Part shown: one piece after another, positions 8,717 through 17,961 of the stretch
How positions within the stretch are numbered: the stretch's first letter is position 1
Layout of the letters: each line of letters starts with the position of its first letter
Origin: an uncultured Candidatus Woesearchaeota archaeon
Lineage (GTDB): Archaea > Nanobdellota > Nanobdellia > UBA10117
DNA length: 64,000 bases
Direction: 5' to 3'
Assembly (NCBI GenBank): GCA_903864915.1
Contig: CAIPHS010000007.1
Location: 114,933-178,932, forward strand
The notes under the pieces: generated by a model
What the model was told of the DNA's origin: nothing
Seen by the model: only the letters and a program-made list of their open reading frames with translations
Database searches by the model: none
Translations under genes and position numbers: made by a program

Positions 8717-9453
8717 CCGATGTAGCGCTGCTCATCATCCTTTGCTTTCTTTACTGCGCCTGCTTCCTTTGCCTGCTCCATCATGCCTTTCAACTGTTCT
8801 TCAAAGCCTTCGGCTTTCTTCAGCAAAGGCCGATAATCAATCTTCAAGCCCAGATATTTGTCCAGGGCTTCTATGATTTTTGCTGCTGCCTTGCTATCTG
8901 GCAGGTTTGAATGTGTTTCTGCAAAGATGAATGATGCATTGCAGTTCTTTTCAGCTTTAAGCATCAATGCGCCAGCGGGACCAAAAATAATACCATCTTT
9001 CACAGGGTTTATGCCGAGTGCTTCGAATCTTTTCTTTTTTTCTTCGCAGTTTGTATAATAGTATGTATTCGGTTCCGTTTTATCCGATTCAGACCCTATG
9101 CCCTCTATGCATATGATTTCCTTCGCATTGACTTTCTTGTACAAATCAAGCAAGGCGTCGGTGACTTCCCATTCCATACCTGCGACACCCGTAACAGCTT
9201 CCAGAACAATTATGTTGTACTTATCATTGTGGAAAATTTCCAAAGGCTGCACTACTCTTTTTCCGTGCACGAAGGCAATTGGCGCCAGCCTTGGCGACCA
9301 GAACGAGCCTATAGAGTGCATCTTCAGATGATCCATCAAAAACTCAACTGCAATTGTTGCAACAAAACCGAAACCTGGGAAACCTTCGATTATGATTGAA
9401 TTTTTCGGCTTTTCCTTCAATTTTAACTCAAGCTTTCTCGAGCCATAAGACAT
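8713..9453 (-). CDS. PAC2 family proteasome assembly chaperone
   Basis: IEGFPG.G.V.TIA, GII.G..G.L, AETH..LPD..AA; start refined to the ATG after an AAGGAG SD (ORF is open to 9576). Confidence 0.9.
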   Translation of the reverse strand: MSYGSRKLELKLKEKPKNSIIIEGFPGFGFVATIAVEFLMDHLKMHSIGSFWSPRLAPIAFVHGKRVVQPLEIFHNDKYNIIVLEAVTGVAGMEWEVTDALLDLYKKVNAKEIICIEGIGSESDKTEPNTYYYTNCEEKKKRFEALGINPVKDGIIFGPAGALMLKAEKNCNASFIFAETHSNLPDSKAAAKIIEALDKYLGLKIDYRPLLKKAEGFEEQLKGMMEQAKEAGAVKKAKDDEQRYIG

Positions 9454-9623
9454 GCTCCTTAAATTGGGAGCAATCTCGTGATTATTAGGTATTCCTGGCA
9501 TTGAAGGAAGCTTAATCTTCGGGTTTGTAATCCTTCGTTGCATCCCACTAAGGTCTGGTAAAATCGATGCGGCCATGATAGCATTAATTCTGCCGCTTAT
9601 ATAAAAGTTTAGGTTAGGAAAAG

Positions 9624-9633
9624 CTTTAAAAAG
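9624..9633 (+). promoter_or_regulatory. TATA box (with purine-rich BRE) of the 5S rRNA
   Basis: GAAAAGCTTTAAAAAG about 25 nt upstream of the 5S 5' end. Confidence 0.6.
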
Positions 9634-9652
9634 TGGCTCGCGGAGCTCAAAT

Positions 9653-9773
9653 TGCTAGCGGTCAAAGTACCAGGGCAAAACCTGCTCTCGTTCCGAACGC
9701 AGAAGTTAATCCTGGTAACGTTTTGTCGTGTACTGACCCGTCACGGGTCGGGAAAGGCAGAAAACTGCTAGTA
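9653..9773 (+). rRNA. rrf: 5S rRNA (stand-alone)
   Basis: Terminal helix GCTAGCGG/CTGCTAGT, loop C CCGAAC-C-GAAGTTAA, GTACTG...CGGGAAA; about 120 nt. Confidence 0.92.
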
Positions 9774-9837
9774 CTTTTATATCTTATTAGTATCCACTAA
9801 CAAACCCTTTAAGCCATTACATCTCCAATAATATGCT

Positions 9838-11115
9838 ATGGGAATTGTGGATTTTCTGAAAGGCATTTTTACTGAAAAACCAAAGCACGAAGAGATGCCT
9901 CAAGAGCAAGCCATACAGACATCAAAATTGGAGGAGTGGTTTGCAGAGAAAGAAGCAAATATCAGGCACAGCACAGAGCTTGTTCTAGAAAATGGAAAAC
10001 CAAGATTTTTGAATGCCGTAAAGATGTGCGAGCAGTCCTGCAGTTCCTTAAAAAGTGCGCAGCCAAGATACCCACAATTATATGCGCAAAACGCGGCTGT
10101 TGCTGAAGGAAATCGTGCAGCATTCATCACAGCAACTGAAAACCTTCTCAAATCCCTAAGATTTCCGGATTCTCCCGATGATTTTTCAAATTTTATTCAA
10201 AACACCAATTCTGCTTTAGACTCTTTCATGTCCTCAAGCAACCGCTCTTTTATTATAGCAAATGAATTTTTCACAGAACATACGTCTTCTACCAAAAAGT
10301 GCCTGCAAGATATAGATGGGGTGCTGCAGGATCTTAGAAAATACTATCAGGAAAATAAATTGACTGAGCTTTCCAAAGCTAAGGAAAAAATTACAAAGCT
10401 AATGCAAAAGATCGAGCAGGCGCAGCAACTGGAAACAGAGTTGAGGGAAGTTGAAACTAGCTTGAAAGACATAAATGAACGGACAACAAAAGCAAATCAG
10501 GATTTGTCAGAGCATTTGCAAAGCCCAGCATTTCTGGAAAAGCAAAGGCTTGAAGCAGAGCTCGGGGACGTTCAGGCAAAAGCAAAGTTGCTGGGTGATG
10601 AAATACATGGAATTTTTTCCGCACTTGATGCGCCTCTGCGAAAAATAGCGTGGGACAATCCACACCATAAAAAGCTCATAGAACATTATTCTGATGATTT
10701 AGTAAATACAATTTCCAAAGATACTGACTTCAAGTTCGGGGATGTTCTTACAAAATTAAAGACCGAGATAGAAGCAGGCAGGGTTTATGCAAAGGATAAG
10801 CGGCGCAGCCAGGCATTAAGCGCCATAAACGTGCTTACAAAAACGTACCTGCAGGACTGGCTGGCCCGGCATGATAAATTAAAGGATGGGGAAGCCAGCT
10901 TGCAAGAACAAATCAAAAATTCTGAAGCAGGCAGTAAGGAAGCCGCACTTAATACAGAGATTCGAAAGCTGGAACACGAAAAGGAAAACCTGGACAAAAG
11001 CCAAGCTGCCTTGATTCGCAGCCAAAAGCGCATTGATTTAGATGAAGAAACAAAAGAAACAGGCGCCAACCTTAGCTTGCTGCTCGGCAGCCAAATTAAA
11101 TTAATAAGAGATTAA
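9838..11115 (+). CDS. Long coiled-coil hypothetical protein with amphipathic N-terminus
   Basis: MGIVDFLKGIF start; heptad-rich E/K/L composition. Confidence 0.8.
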   Translation: MGIVDFLKGIFTEKPKHEEMPQEQAIQTSKLEEWFAEKEANIRHSTELVLENGKPRFLNAVKMCEQSCSSLKSAQPRYPQLYAQNAAVAEGNRAAFITATENLLKSLRFPDSPDDFSNFIQNTNSALDSFMSSSNRSFIIANEFFTEHTSSTKKCLQDIDGVLQDLRKYYQENKLTELSKAKEKITKLMQKIEQAQQLETELREVETSLKDINERTTKANQDLSEHLQSPAFLEKQRLEAELGDVQAKAKLLGDEIHGIFSALDAPLRKIAWDNPHHKKLIEHYSDDLVNTISKDTDFKFGDVLTKLKTEIEAGRVYAKDKRRSQALSAINVLTKTYLQDWLARHDKLKDGEASLQEQIKNSEAGSKEAALNTEIRKLEHEKENLDKSQAALIRSQKRIDLDEETKETGANLSLLLGSQIKLIRD

Positions 11116-11185
11116 TTGCAGAACTTGCCACATTTTTGAACTGTAGAAAGATATATTAAATATATCGTATTATCTAATAAAGTAT

Positions 11186-11602
11186 ATGACCAATACCATT
11201 TCTGTCAGAGGACTGAAAGTTGGAAGAGATGAGCTCGTTTCTTTGCAAGCGTGGGCCAAAAAGACGCTAGAGGGCCGCAAAACAGAAACCCAAATACTTG
11301 AAAAGATTGAAGAGCTGCTAGGCGAAGCAGAAAATCTTGAAAAAAATTGTTATTGGACTGAATATGAGTACGTCGGCAAAGCGCCTCCTAAGCCAAAAGC
11401 AGAGCACTTAAAAGAAATAAAATATTTGGAATCCGTTCTGCCAGAGATAAAAGCTGTTTTGAAAGAAATTGAGGCATTAGCAACAGAGCTTAAAAAAATA
11501 GAATTTCAAGATTACAAGTTCTCACGTATTGTATATACACATTCTAACTCATTGCACGAAATTGGTGGCGAATTAAAATCACTAATTCAATTCTATGGGT
11601 GA
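11186..11602 (+). CDS. Hypothetical helical protein (paralog A)
   Basis: 138 aa; aligns by eye with the next ORF. Confidence 0.75.
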   Translation: MTNTISVRGLKVGRDELVSLQAWAKKTLEGRKTETQILEKIEELLGEAENLEKNCYWTEYEYVGKAPPKPKAEHLKEIKYLESVLPEIKAVLKEIEALATELKKIEFQDYKFSRIVYTHSNSLHEIGGELKSLIQFYG

Positions 11603-11605
11603 AAC

Positions 11606-12091
11606 ATGATACAAGTTAAAATTCCGATATTTGGAGATTATGCGGAAGGGCAGCAGGAAGGAGATATCCTCAAATTAAAATTAGGCAAGGATGAATTGGA
11701 AAAATTACGTGAATGGGCAAAAACCGAATTAAAAACTGAAGCAACTGAAACTAAAATAATAGCAGAAATAAAAAGTCTCTTGGATGAAGCGTATGATCTT
11801 CAAGCTGCTGGGATAAACATAGTTTTTGCTGAGTCAGAATTGAAAGAAGAGGAATTTCGCAACAGTTTGGCTAGGGATGGCAACAGAAAAAAGCATAAAG
11901 CATTAGCAGCAAAAGCCAAGCCCATTTTAGAAAAGATACGCATTAGTTATGAGGCGATTAAAAAATTAAATGAAGTACTTTCCAGTATTGAGCAACAAGG
12001 ATATAGATTTTCAATGGCAGTATTTTCTAGAGTCGACCATCTCCAAAAACTTATGGAAAATATAAACGAGGAAATAAGACGAGAGCGATAA
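11606..12091 (+). CDS. Hypothetical helical protein (paralog B)
   Basis: 161 aa; GGGTGA SD upstream; paralog of 11186. Confidence 0.75.
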   Translation: MIQVKIPIFGDYAEGQQEGDILKLKLGKDELEKLREWAKTELKTEATETKIIAEIKSLLDEAYDLQAAGINIVFAESELKEEEFRNSLARDGNRKKHKALAAKAKPILEKIRISYEAIKKLNEVLSSIEQQGYRFSMAVFSRVDHLQKLMENINEEIRRER

Positions 12092-12130
12092 GCCTATCTA
12101 TTTTTATACCACCTTTTTCTAATTTAAATC

Positions 12131-12460
12131 ATGATAGACAAAACTGAGATGCAGCACATTGCCTCTGAGAGGATAGGCATACTTTTCAGGGAAGCTGGCA
12201 AGGCTGCAAGAGAGCACAATCTTACTAGGGCATCAAGATATATTTTCCTTGCAAGAAAGCTTGCCATGAAATTTGCAGTCAGGCTAACTAGGGAGCAAAG
12301 GCGCAAGTTTTGCCACAAATGCTACAAGTTTCTGCAGCCAGGCAGGAATGTTTCTGTCAAAACAAACAAGAAAACAAGGGCAGTTGAATATACCTGCAAG
12401 GAATGCGGGCACATCAACAGGTTTCCTTATGTAAGGGAAAAGCTTAGTACTCGTAAATAG
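12131..12460 (+). CDS. rnp4: RNase P protein component 4 (Rpp21)
   Basis: IA.ERI..L, RY..LA..., RKFCHKC and TCKECG Zn ribbon, RFPY. Confidence 0.93.
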   Translation: MIDKTEMQHIASERIGILFREAGKAAREHNLTRASRYIFLARKLAMKFAVRLTREQRRKFCHKCYKFLQPGRNVSVKTNKKTRAVEYTCKECGHINRFPYVREKLSTRK

Positions 12461-13295
12461 CCGCCAGATTATCTTCTGAATCCCTTATGAAAACTGTGTC
12501 GCCATCATTGTTCCACACAGTTGTATCAAGGTCCCAATACAGAACATTCCCGGAATCGCTGCCTTTGCCGCTATGTATCGTGACTGATTCCCCAGTTCCA
12601 AGCATGGTATTGTTGAAAGTGTAAATGTGTGTTGCCTCATCCTTCATCTGCCAGCCATCCATGTTTATCTCTGCACCGTTATTTTTTATCACGATAGATT
12701 CATCATTCGGATTTTTGGAAGTGTCTGGATTCTGGTTTATGCTGATTGAAATGTTGTAAAGGTTTGCACCATAGCCTTTCCACATGCCAAGCTGCTTTTG
12801 CCTTGCCTCTTTTTCCAGGCAATCAAACAAGTCCTGATATTTTGTGTCTGGCGGATAAACAAAGCTTGAAGCCAAACCGGATGAAACCTGCTCAGCATTT
12901 GCAAATTTACTATCTGTAAAAACATACCTTAATTTGCGCCCGTATTTGTCAGTGTCAGAAACATCCTTTTGCAAATAAACGTTTTTGTTCAAAACGAGAT
13001 TTTCCATGTTTTGCGCTGCTTCGGCAAAATTATGCTCGTTGTGCTCTGGCGTGTTTATTCCATCCAATCTAACTTTGCTTCCATCTGCTAATGCAAGCGT
13101 ATCGCCGTCAACAACTCTTGCGACTTCAAAAGCCCGTGCACCTTCCGTGTTTGCGGATATTATTTTAGGCAATTCGGTAACTATTTTTGCACAGTTATCC
13201 GTACTTGTGCTATTCGTATTTGCGATATTACCGCTTATGCACCCGCTAAAGAGAATCAAAGAGAACATCAGTAAAACAGCCAACAGTTTGTTCAT
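12444..13295 (-). CDS. Lipoprotein thermonuclease (SNase) with C-terminal lamin-tail domain
   Basis: Lipobox FSGC; VVDGDT, VRL.GINTPE, DKYGR.L.YV; LTD motifs E...IKN.G...GW..KD and WNN.GD. Confidence 0.9.
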   Translation of the reverse strand: MNKLLAVLLMFSLILFSGCISGNIANTNSTSTDNCAKIVTELPKIISANTEGARAFEVARVVDGDTLALADGSKVRLDGINTPEHNEHNFAEAAQNMENLVLNKNVYLQKDVSDTDKYGRKLRYVFTDSKFANAEQVSSGLASSFVYPPDTKYQDLFDCLEKEARQKQLGMWKGYGANLYNISISINQNPDTSKNPNDESIVIKNNGAEINMDGWQMKDEATHIYTFNNTMLGTGESVTIHSGKGSDSGNVLYWDLDTTVWNNDGDTVFIRDSEDNLAAIYEY

Positions 13296-13339
13296 GAACG
13301 CAAGCGAAGTTTTTAGAATATATCTCTTTCTATTTAGGC

Positions 13340-13849
13340 ATGTCTGATGTAAATCGCACGCATGTTTGTAACTGCGCAACAATCGCAGAAATGCTTCTAG
13401 TAGGCAAAAATGAGTATATCTATGCAGACTTCATAATGAGCAGGGAAAGGATTGCAAGATACTTTCCTGAAACAATAAAGCTGTTCAAATGGGATAAAGT
13501 AGTTGGCTGGTATCATGCAAGATTCTTTGGTGCTGATGGTCTTCAAGCATATGTTGCGGGCGCAAAGAAATTTTCCGAAGAACATGAAAAATTATCCTGG
13601 CTGCAGCAAAAGGCAGTTTATTTCGCTGTTATTGATCCATTCAACAGGAGCGTATCAGACATATGCGACAAATTAGATTTAGAAAAAGATGCTTCTGGCA
13701 TCATGCGTGATGCAATAAAAGCTGCCGGGCTTCCACGAAAAGAAATTGTATCTGGGATAAGAGGATTAGGTTATGGGGATACTGTGGATGAGTTTAATAG
13801 TCTGGCCGATAGTGTGGAATCATGCTTGAAACCAAAACAGTCCGCGTAA
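13340..13849 (+). CDS. Hypothetical protein with degenerate MPN/JAB-like core
   Basis: VVGWYH and AV..AVIDP motifs; the JAMM HxH..S..D residues are not preserved. Confidence 0.5.
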   Translation: MSDVNRTHVCNCATIAEMLLVGKNEYIYADFIMSRERIARYFPETIKLFKWDKVVGWYHARFFGADGLQAYVAGAKKFSEEHEKLSWLQQKAVYFAVIDPFNRSVSDICDKLDLEKDASGIMRDAIKAAGLPRKEIVSGIRGLGYGDTVDEFNSLADSVESCLKPKQSA

Positions 13850-14037
13850 AGCCAAACTCCCCAAAAACAAGGATTGTTTCTGAGACTGATTCCGAACTTG
13901 TTGTAGAAGTTGCAGCTCCGGCAGAGAACAACAAAGCAAATATCGAACTGATAAAATTCTTGTCAAAGAAATTCGGCAAGAATGTAAAAATAATAAGGGG
14001 CTTGACCTCAAAAAAGAAAATTATTTGGATTGGCTAG
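13822..14037 (+). CDS. DUF167/YggU family protein
   Basis: VKPNS, V.APA..NKAN.ELIKFL, I.G..S..K. Confidence 0.9.
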   Translation: MLETKTVRVKPNSPKTRIVSETDSELVVEVAAPAENNKANIELIKFLSKKFGKNVKIIRGLTSKKKIIWIG

Positions 14038-14323
14038 CTTTTTTGGGCTCATAAACTGCTAGCAAATTATTGCCCTCGGGAGTTATTGTTATCAAACCTT
14101 CTAAAGAATCTACTTTGACAGCATTTGGCATTTTTTCATTCAACTCTGAATTAAGCCTCTCTGCAGACATGTACGCTGTTGCGCACATTATTGCATATGT
14201 CTCTGCATGCATATCTTCATCTAAATCGTGCTTTATTGGAATTCCATCCTTCGACAAAAGCATCGTGTATTTTTTAGGTGGCATTTCTGCCACGTAAACT
14301 TGTTGCGGTGTAGACATCGCCAT
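14021..14323 (-). CDS. Roadblock/LC7 domain protein
   Basis: LLSKDG.PI...L......ET.A.M.A.....AE....EL followed by beta strands; first helix missing. Confidence 0.75.
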   Translation of the reverse strand: MAMSTPQQVYVAEMPPKKYTMLLSKDGIPIKHDLDEDMHAETYAIMCATAYMSAERLNSELNEKMPNAVKVDSLEGLITITPEGNNLLAVYEPKKASQSK

Positions 14324-14369
14324 TGCAATCCAGTCAACTTATTTGATTTTTAAGCGTTATGTATTCTCT

Positions 14370-14939
14370 TCAGTAGGAGTGCCCAGTGCACAGAACCTTA
14401 ACCTTAAGGGCTTTCAAAATATCAACTGATTTTTTCAATTCTCGCAGATTTCCGGTCGGTAAATCCCATCTTCCAGTTGAATCGCCACCGAGCCAGCAGT
14501 CTCCTGAAAACAGGATTTGTTTTGCAGGATCGTAAAGAGCAATATCGCCTGAAGTGTGGCCTGGGACTTTTAATACCGCTAATTTGTATTCTCCAGTAAA
14601 CAGCTTAGCACCATTATCTAATACTAAATCAACCCTGAAGCGCTCAACATCTTCTCCAGCTTCCTTGACCAGAGTGACTTCATCCATGTTTTTGATGTGT
14701 ACCGCGGCTTCCTCGGAAGCTGCAATGGTGCAATTCGGATTTTTCCTCTTGATTGCAGCTGCTTTCAGAATATGGTCCACGTGGCAGTGAGTCAAAACAA
14801 GCACATCAACAGGCTTGTCAAGATCAACAGAAGCATCAATCTGTATTTTCTTTGTATCGTCTATGTAGTAGACATTATTCTTGTACTTCGGCTCAACAAT
14901 CTTAAACACTTTTGGGGCAACTTCTTCCATTTCAACCAT
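14370..14939 (-). CDS. Metallo-beta-lactamase fold hydrolase
   Basis: THCHVDH, PGHT.G, LFSGD, C-terminal GH. Confidence 0.92.
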   Translation of the reverse strand: MVEMEEVAPKVFKIVEPKYKNNVYYIDDTKKIQIDASVDLDKPVDVLVLTHCHVDHILKAAAIKRKNPNCTIAASEEAAVHIKNMDEVTLVKEAGEDVERFRVDLVLDNGAKLFTGEYKLAVLKVPGHTSGDIALYDPAKQILFSGDCWLGGDSTGRWDLPTGNLRELKKSVDILKALKVKVLCTGHSY

Positions 14940-15531
14940 TTTTGTATTGGCTTTTAAAAACTTTGTAAAATATTTCCATTACTTCTTGAGCTTTCTTTCC
15001 AATTCTTCTCGCGCTTTTTGTTTTTAGTTGCTTATATCTGGTTAAAACATAATTTTCTCCATCTAAAACAGCATCGTATGGCTGCATTTTTGCATACAAA
15101 ATACAATATGTAAAATCCCTGCAAAACCCTATCGGTCCAAGGGCCAACAACCTATCTGCATCAAAGACAACTTTTTCTTCCTTTGCTTTTGCGCCTTTGT
15201 GAGCTTTGTATGAGCGCTCGTTGTGGTGGCTCATCGCGCAACAAATTCTGTTTGCAATTTCTGCGTCAACTTTTATTTTCTTAAGAAATTGTTTAACTTT
15301 GCTTGCTCCTATCGCAGCATGATTTTTCTTTGAAATTCTATGTGCAACATCATGCAATAATCCGGCAATTTCACAAATGTCTTCATCTGCGCCTTCCTGC
15401 TTTGCAAGCGATAACGCCAATCTTGCTGTCAGTTTAGCATGCCTAAAATCATGGTTAACATCATTATTTTTGTACTCTTCTTCTGCAAATTTCAGAATTT
15501 TCTTTCTTTGTGCGCTAGAAATTTTATTCAT
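14932..15531 (-). CDS. HD domain phosphohydrolase
   Basis: HDFRH, LLHDV, HA..G, DADRL..LG..G. Confidence 0.9.
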   Translation of the reverse strand: MNKISSAQRKKILKFAEEEYKNNDVNHDFRHAKLTARLALSLAKQEGADEDICEIAGLLHDVAHRISKKNHAAIGASKVKQFLKKIKVDAEIANRICCAMSHHNERSYKAHKGAKAKEEKVVFDADRLLALGPIGFCRDFTYCILYAKMQPYDAVLDGENYVLTRYKQLKTKSARRIGKKAQEVMEIFYKVFKSQYKNG

Positions 15532-17303
15532 GCTTTCTTCTCGATCTCTTCTTTAATCTGCTTTATGAAATCTGCCGGCTTTACGCCGAACTGGACTTTC
15601 TGCGTGCCCCTCTTTCTGACTGCAACTGTGCCTTTTTCCTCTTCCTTGTCCCCTAATACCAAAACGTATGGGATTTTTTCCATCTCAGCTGCCCTTACCT
15701 TGTATTCGACAGTGTTGTTTTCGTAATCAGTCTCTACTCGCAAGCCAGCTTTCTTCAGTTCAGCTTCAATCTTCTCAGCATATTTCTGGTTCCTGTCTGT
15801 AAAGGTTAGTAATTTAACCTGAGCAGGAGCAAGCCAAACAGGGAAAGCACCCGCATAATGTTCTATAAGACACCCCATGAATCGTTCCATTGAGCCAAGA
15901 ACTGTATGATGAACCATAATTACTCTGTGCTGTTTGTTGTCCTCGCTAACATAATTCAAATCAAATTTCTCAGGCAGATTGAAATCAACCTGTATGGTTG
16001 TACACTGCCATGTTCTTCCTATTGCATCTTTTAGTTTAATATCAATCGCTGGCCCGTAGAATTTAGCTTCGCCTTCTGCGCGCTTGAACTGCAGTTTCTT
16101 CTTTTCCAGTGCTTTCGTCAGGGCTTTCTCTGCAGTTTCCCATATTTTCTCTGAACCGAGATATTTTTCTTTGTTTTCTGGATCTCTGACTGAGAGCTCT
16201 ATGACATATTCTTTAAATCCAAAACTTGGTAGCATGAACAACGCCAAATCAAGGACGTTAGTGATTTCTCCTTCCAATTGCTCCTGAGTGCAGAAAATGT
16301 GTGCATCATCCTGCGTAAAGCCTCGCACTCTTACCAATCCGTGCAGAGCGCCAGATGCCTCATATCTATAAACAGTTCCCAACTCACATAATTTCAGCGG
16401 AAGCTCCCTATAGCTTCTGCTTTTTGATTTGAAAATCTGAATATGGAACGGACAGCTCATTGGTTTCAACAGGTATTCTATTTCGTCAATTTTTATCGGC
16501 GGATACATTGACTCCCTGTAGTGTGCCCAGTGCCCAGATGTTTTCCATAAATTAATATTTCCTATGTGCGGCGTGTAAACATATTTGTATCCTTTTTTTT
16601 CGTGCTCGCTTTTCCAGAAATTTTCTATTATATTGCGCGTAATTGCCCCTTTTGGGTGCCAATGGGCAAGTCCGGAGCCAACTGTTTCTGGATAAAGCCC
16701 AAACAAATCCAATTGCTTTCCAAGTTTAATGTGGTCCCTTTTCTCCGCTTCTTCCTTCCTCTTCATGAATTCCTCAAGCATTTCTTTTTCTGGGAATGAG
16801 ATACCGTATATTCTCTGCATCTGTCCTTTCTTTGGGTCTCCGCGCCAATAGGCTGCAGCCATGTTGAGTAATTTGAACGCCTTGATCTGCCCTGCTGATT
16901 TTAACAAAGTATTATTGCATAAATCAATGAAAGCACCATGCTGGCGGAAACTTATTTCCTTGTCTGTTATGTCCTTGAGAAGTTCAAGCTTGTACGGCTC
17001 TTTTGAGAGGAATTTCTCAGCATCTTTCCTTGGCATTAAAACATCCTTGAATAGCTTGTCATCCTTGACAATCTTCTTCATCTCAGCTTCTATCCTAACC
17101 AAGTCTTCTGCTGTGAAAGGAACCTTCTTGTCAAAATCATAATAGAATCCTTCGTCAATGGCGGGGCCTATGCCCAACTTGACATCTGGCCATAATCTCT
17201 TGACCGCATCTGCCAGCACATGAGAAGTTGCATGCCAGAAGGCTTTCTTTTCATTCTCCGTTACAAAGGGAGCTTTTTCCATGCTTTCGTTTATTTGAGG
17301 CAA
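15528..17303 (-). CDS. thrS: Threonine--tRNA ligase, bacterial type
   Basis: H..SH editing domain, GFYYDF, RDH.KLG, LKPM.CP.H, RVRGFTQDDAH, FYGP.ID, GS.ERF, anticodon-binding domain. Confidence 0.97.
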   Translation of the reverse strand: MPQINESMEKAPFVTENEKKAFWHATSHVLADAVKRLWPDVKLGIGPAIDEGFYYDFDKKVPFTAEDLVRIEAEMKKIVKDDKLFKDVLMPRKDAEKFLSKEPYKLELLKDITDKEISFRQHGAFIDLCNNTLLKSAGQIKAFKLLNMAAAYWRGDPKKGQMQRIYGISFPEKEMLEEFMKRKEEAEKRDHIKLGKQLDLFGLYPETVGSGLAHWHPKGAITRNIIENFWKSEHEKKGYKYVYTPHIGNINLWKTSGHWAHYRESMYPPIKIDEIEYLLKPMSCPFHIQIFKSKSRSYRELPLKLCELGTVYRYEASGALHGLVRVRGFTQDDAHIFCTQEQLEGEITNVLDLALFMLPSFGFKEYVIELSVRDPENKEKYLGSEKIWETAEKALTKALEKKKLQFKRAEGEAKFYGPAIDIKLKDAIGRTWQCTTIQVDFNLPEKFDLNYVSEDNKQHRVIMVHHTVLGSMERFMGCLIEHYAGAFPVWLAPAQVKLLTFTDRNQKYAEKIEAELKKAGLRVETDYENNTVEYKVRAAEMEKIPYVLVLGDKEEEKGTVAVRKRGTQKVQFGVKPADFIKQIKEEIEKKA

Positions 17304-17752
17304 TTTATAAATTCTGCTACTGCCTTGACAGTTTCGGCTTCTTTGCCTCTGTAACTATGGTCTGCATCTTTTATTTCAATCAGCTTCGAGCTGGCTATGA
17401 TTTTATTCATCTTCCTTGAATTATCTATTGGAATTACAGGGTCTGCAGTTCCGTGTACAATCAGTGTTGGAACCTTTATTTTCCTGAATTTCTCGTCAGC
17501 CTCAACTGCGGGCGCCAACAAAACCAGCGCTGCCGCATCTTTGTGCTTTAGCTGATGCTCCAAAGCCACTTTGCCACCCATCGACTTGCCAACCAAGATG
17601 AATTCACCATCCGGTTTCTTTTCCATCAGCTGCTCTTCAGAGGCTACTGTCAGCTCGATAAACTTGGCTTTAGGCAAGTCAGTTCTAATAGCGTCAAAAA
17701 TACCCTTAGATGCTTGCGGATTCATACCAGGTATTAAAACTAAAGTTGCCAT
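17291..17752 (-). CDS. Alpha/beta hydrolase
   Basis: GKSMGG nucleophile elbow, HG..D, ADH catalytic triad. Confidence 0.9.
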   Translation of the reverse strand: MATLVLIPGMNPQASKGIFDAIRTDLPKAKFIELTVASEEQLMEKKPDGEFILVGKSMGGKVALEHQLKHKDAAALVLLAPAVEADEKFRKIKVPTLIVHGTADPVIPIDNSRKMNKIIASSKLIEIKDADHSYRGKEAETVKAVAEFINCLK

Positions 17753-17830
17753 TAAGCAAATAATAAAAAGGCACAGATATAAGATTATAGAATAGTATTT
17801 GGATTAAGCGTACAGATAAGCGGTTTGTTA

Positions 17831-17950
17831 ATGGGCGTTTTGGCAATTATTTTTGGTGGCTTGGTGATAAAGTATCCAAAGACAATTCCAAATCTAATAG
17901 GTGCCTATTTGATCATATCTGGCCTGCTGACTGTATTGGCTGTACTTTAA
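17831..17950 (+). CDS. DUF3096-like small two-TM protein (not in ORF track)
   Basis: MGVLAIIFGGLVIKYPKTIPNLIGAYLIISGLLTVLAVL; the reading frame is open about 16 codons further upstream. Confidence 0.6.
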   Translation: MGVLAIIFGGLVIKYPKTIPNLIGAYLIISGLLTVLAVL

Positions 17951-17961
17951 GGAATAAAGTA

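Noticed and set aside
9454-9576. 41-aa N-terminal extension of PAC2
   Set aside because: An AAGGAG SD precedes the internal ATG at 9453 and the extension has no family features; an upstream start cannot be fully excluded
9838-11115. Possible SMC or ESCRT-III protein
   Set aside because: No Walker motifs or diagnostic signature; only generic coiled coil
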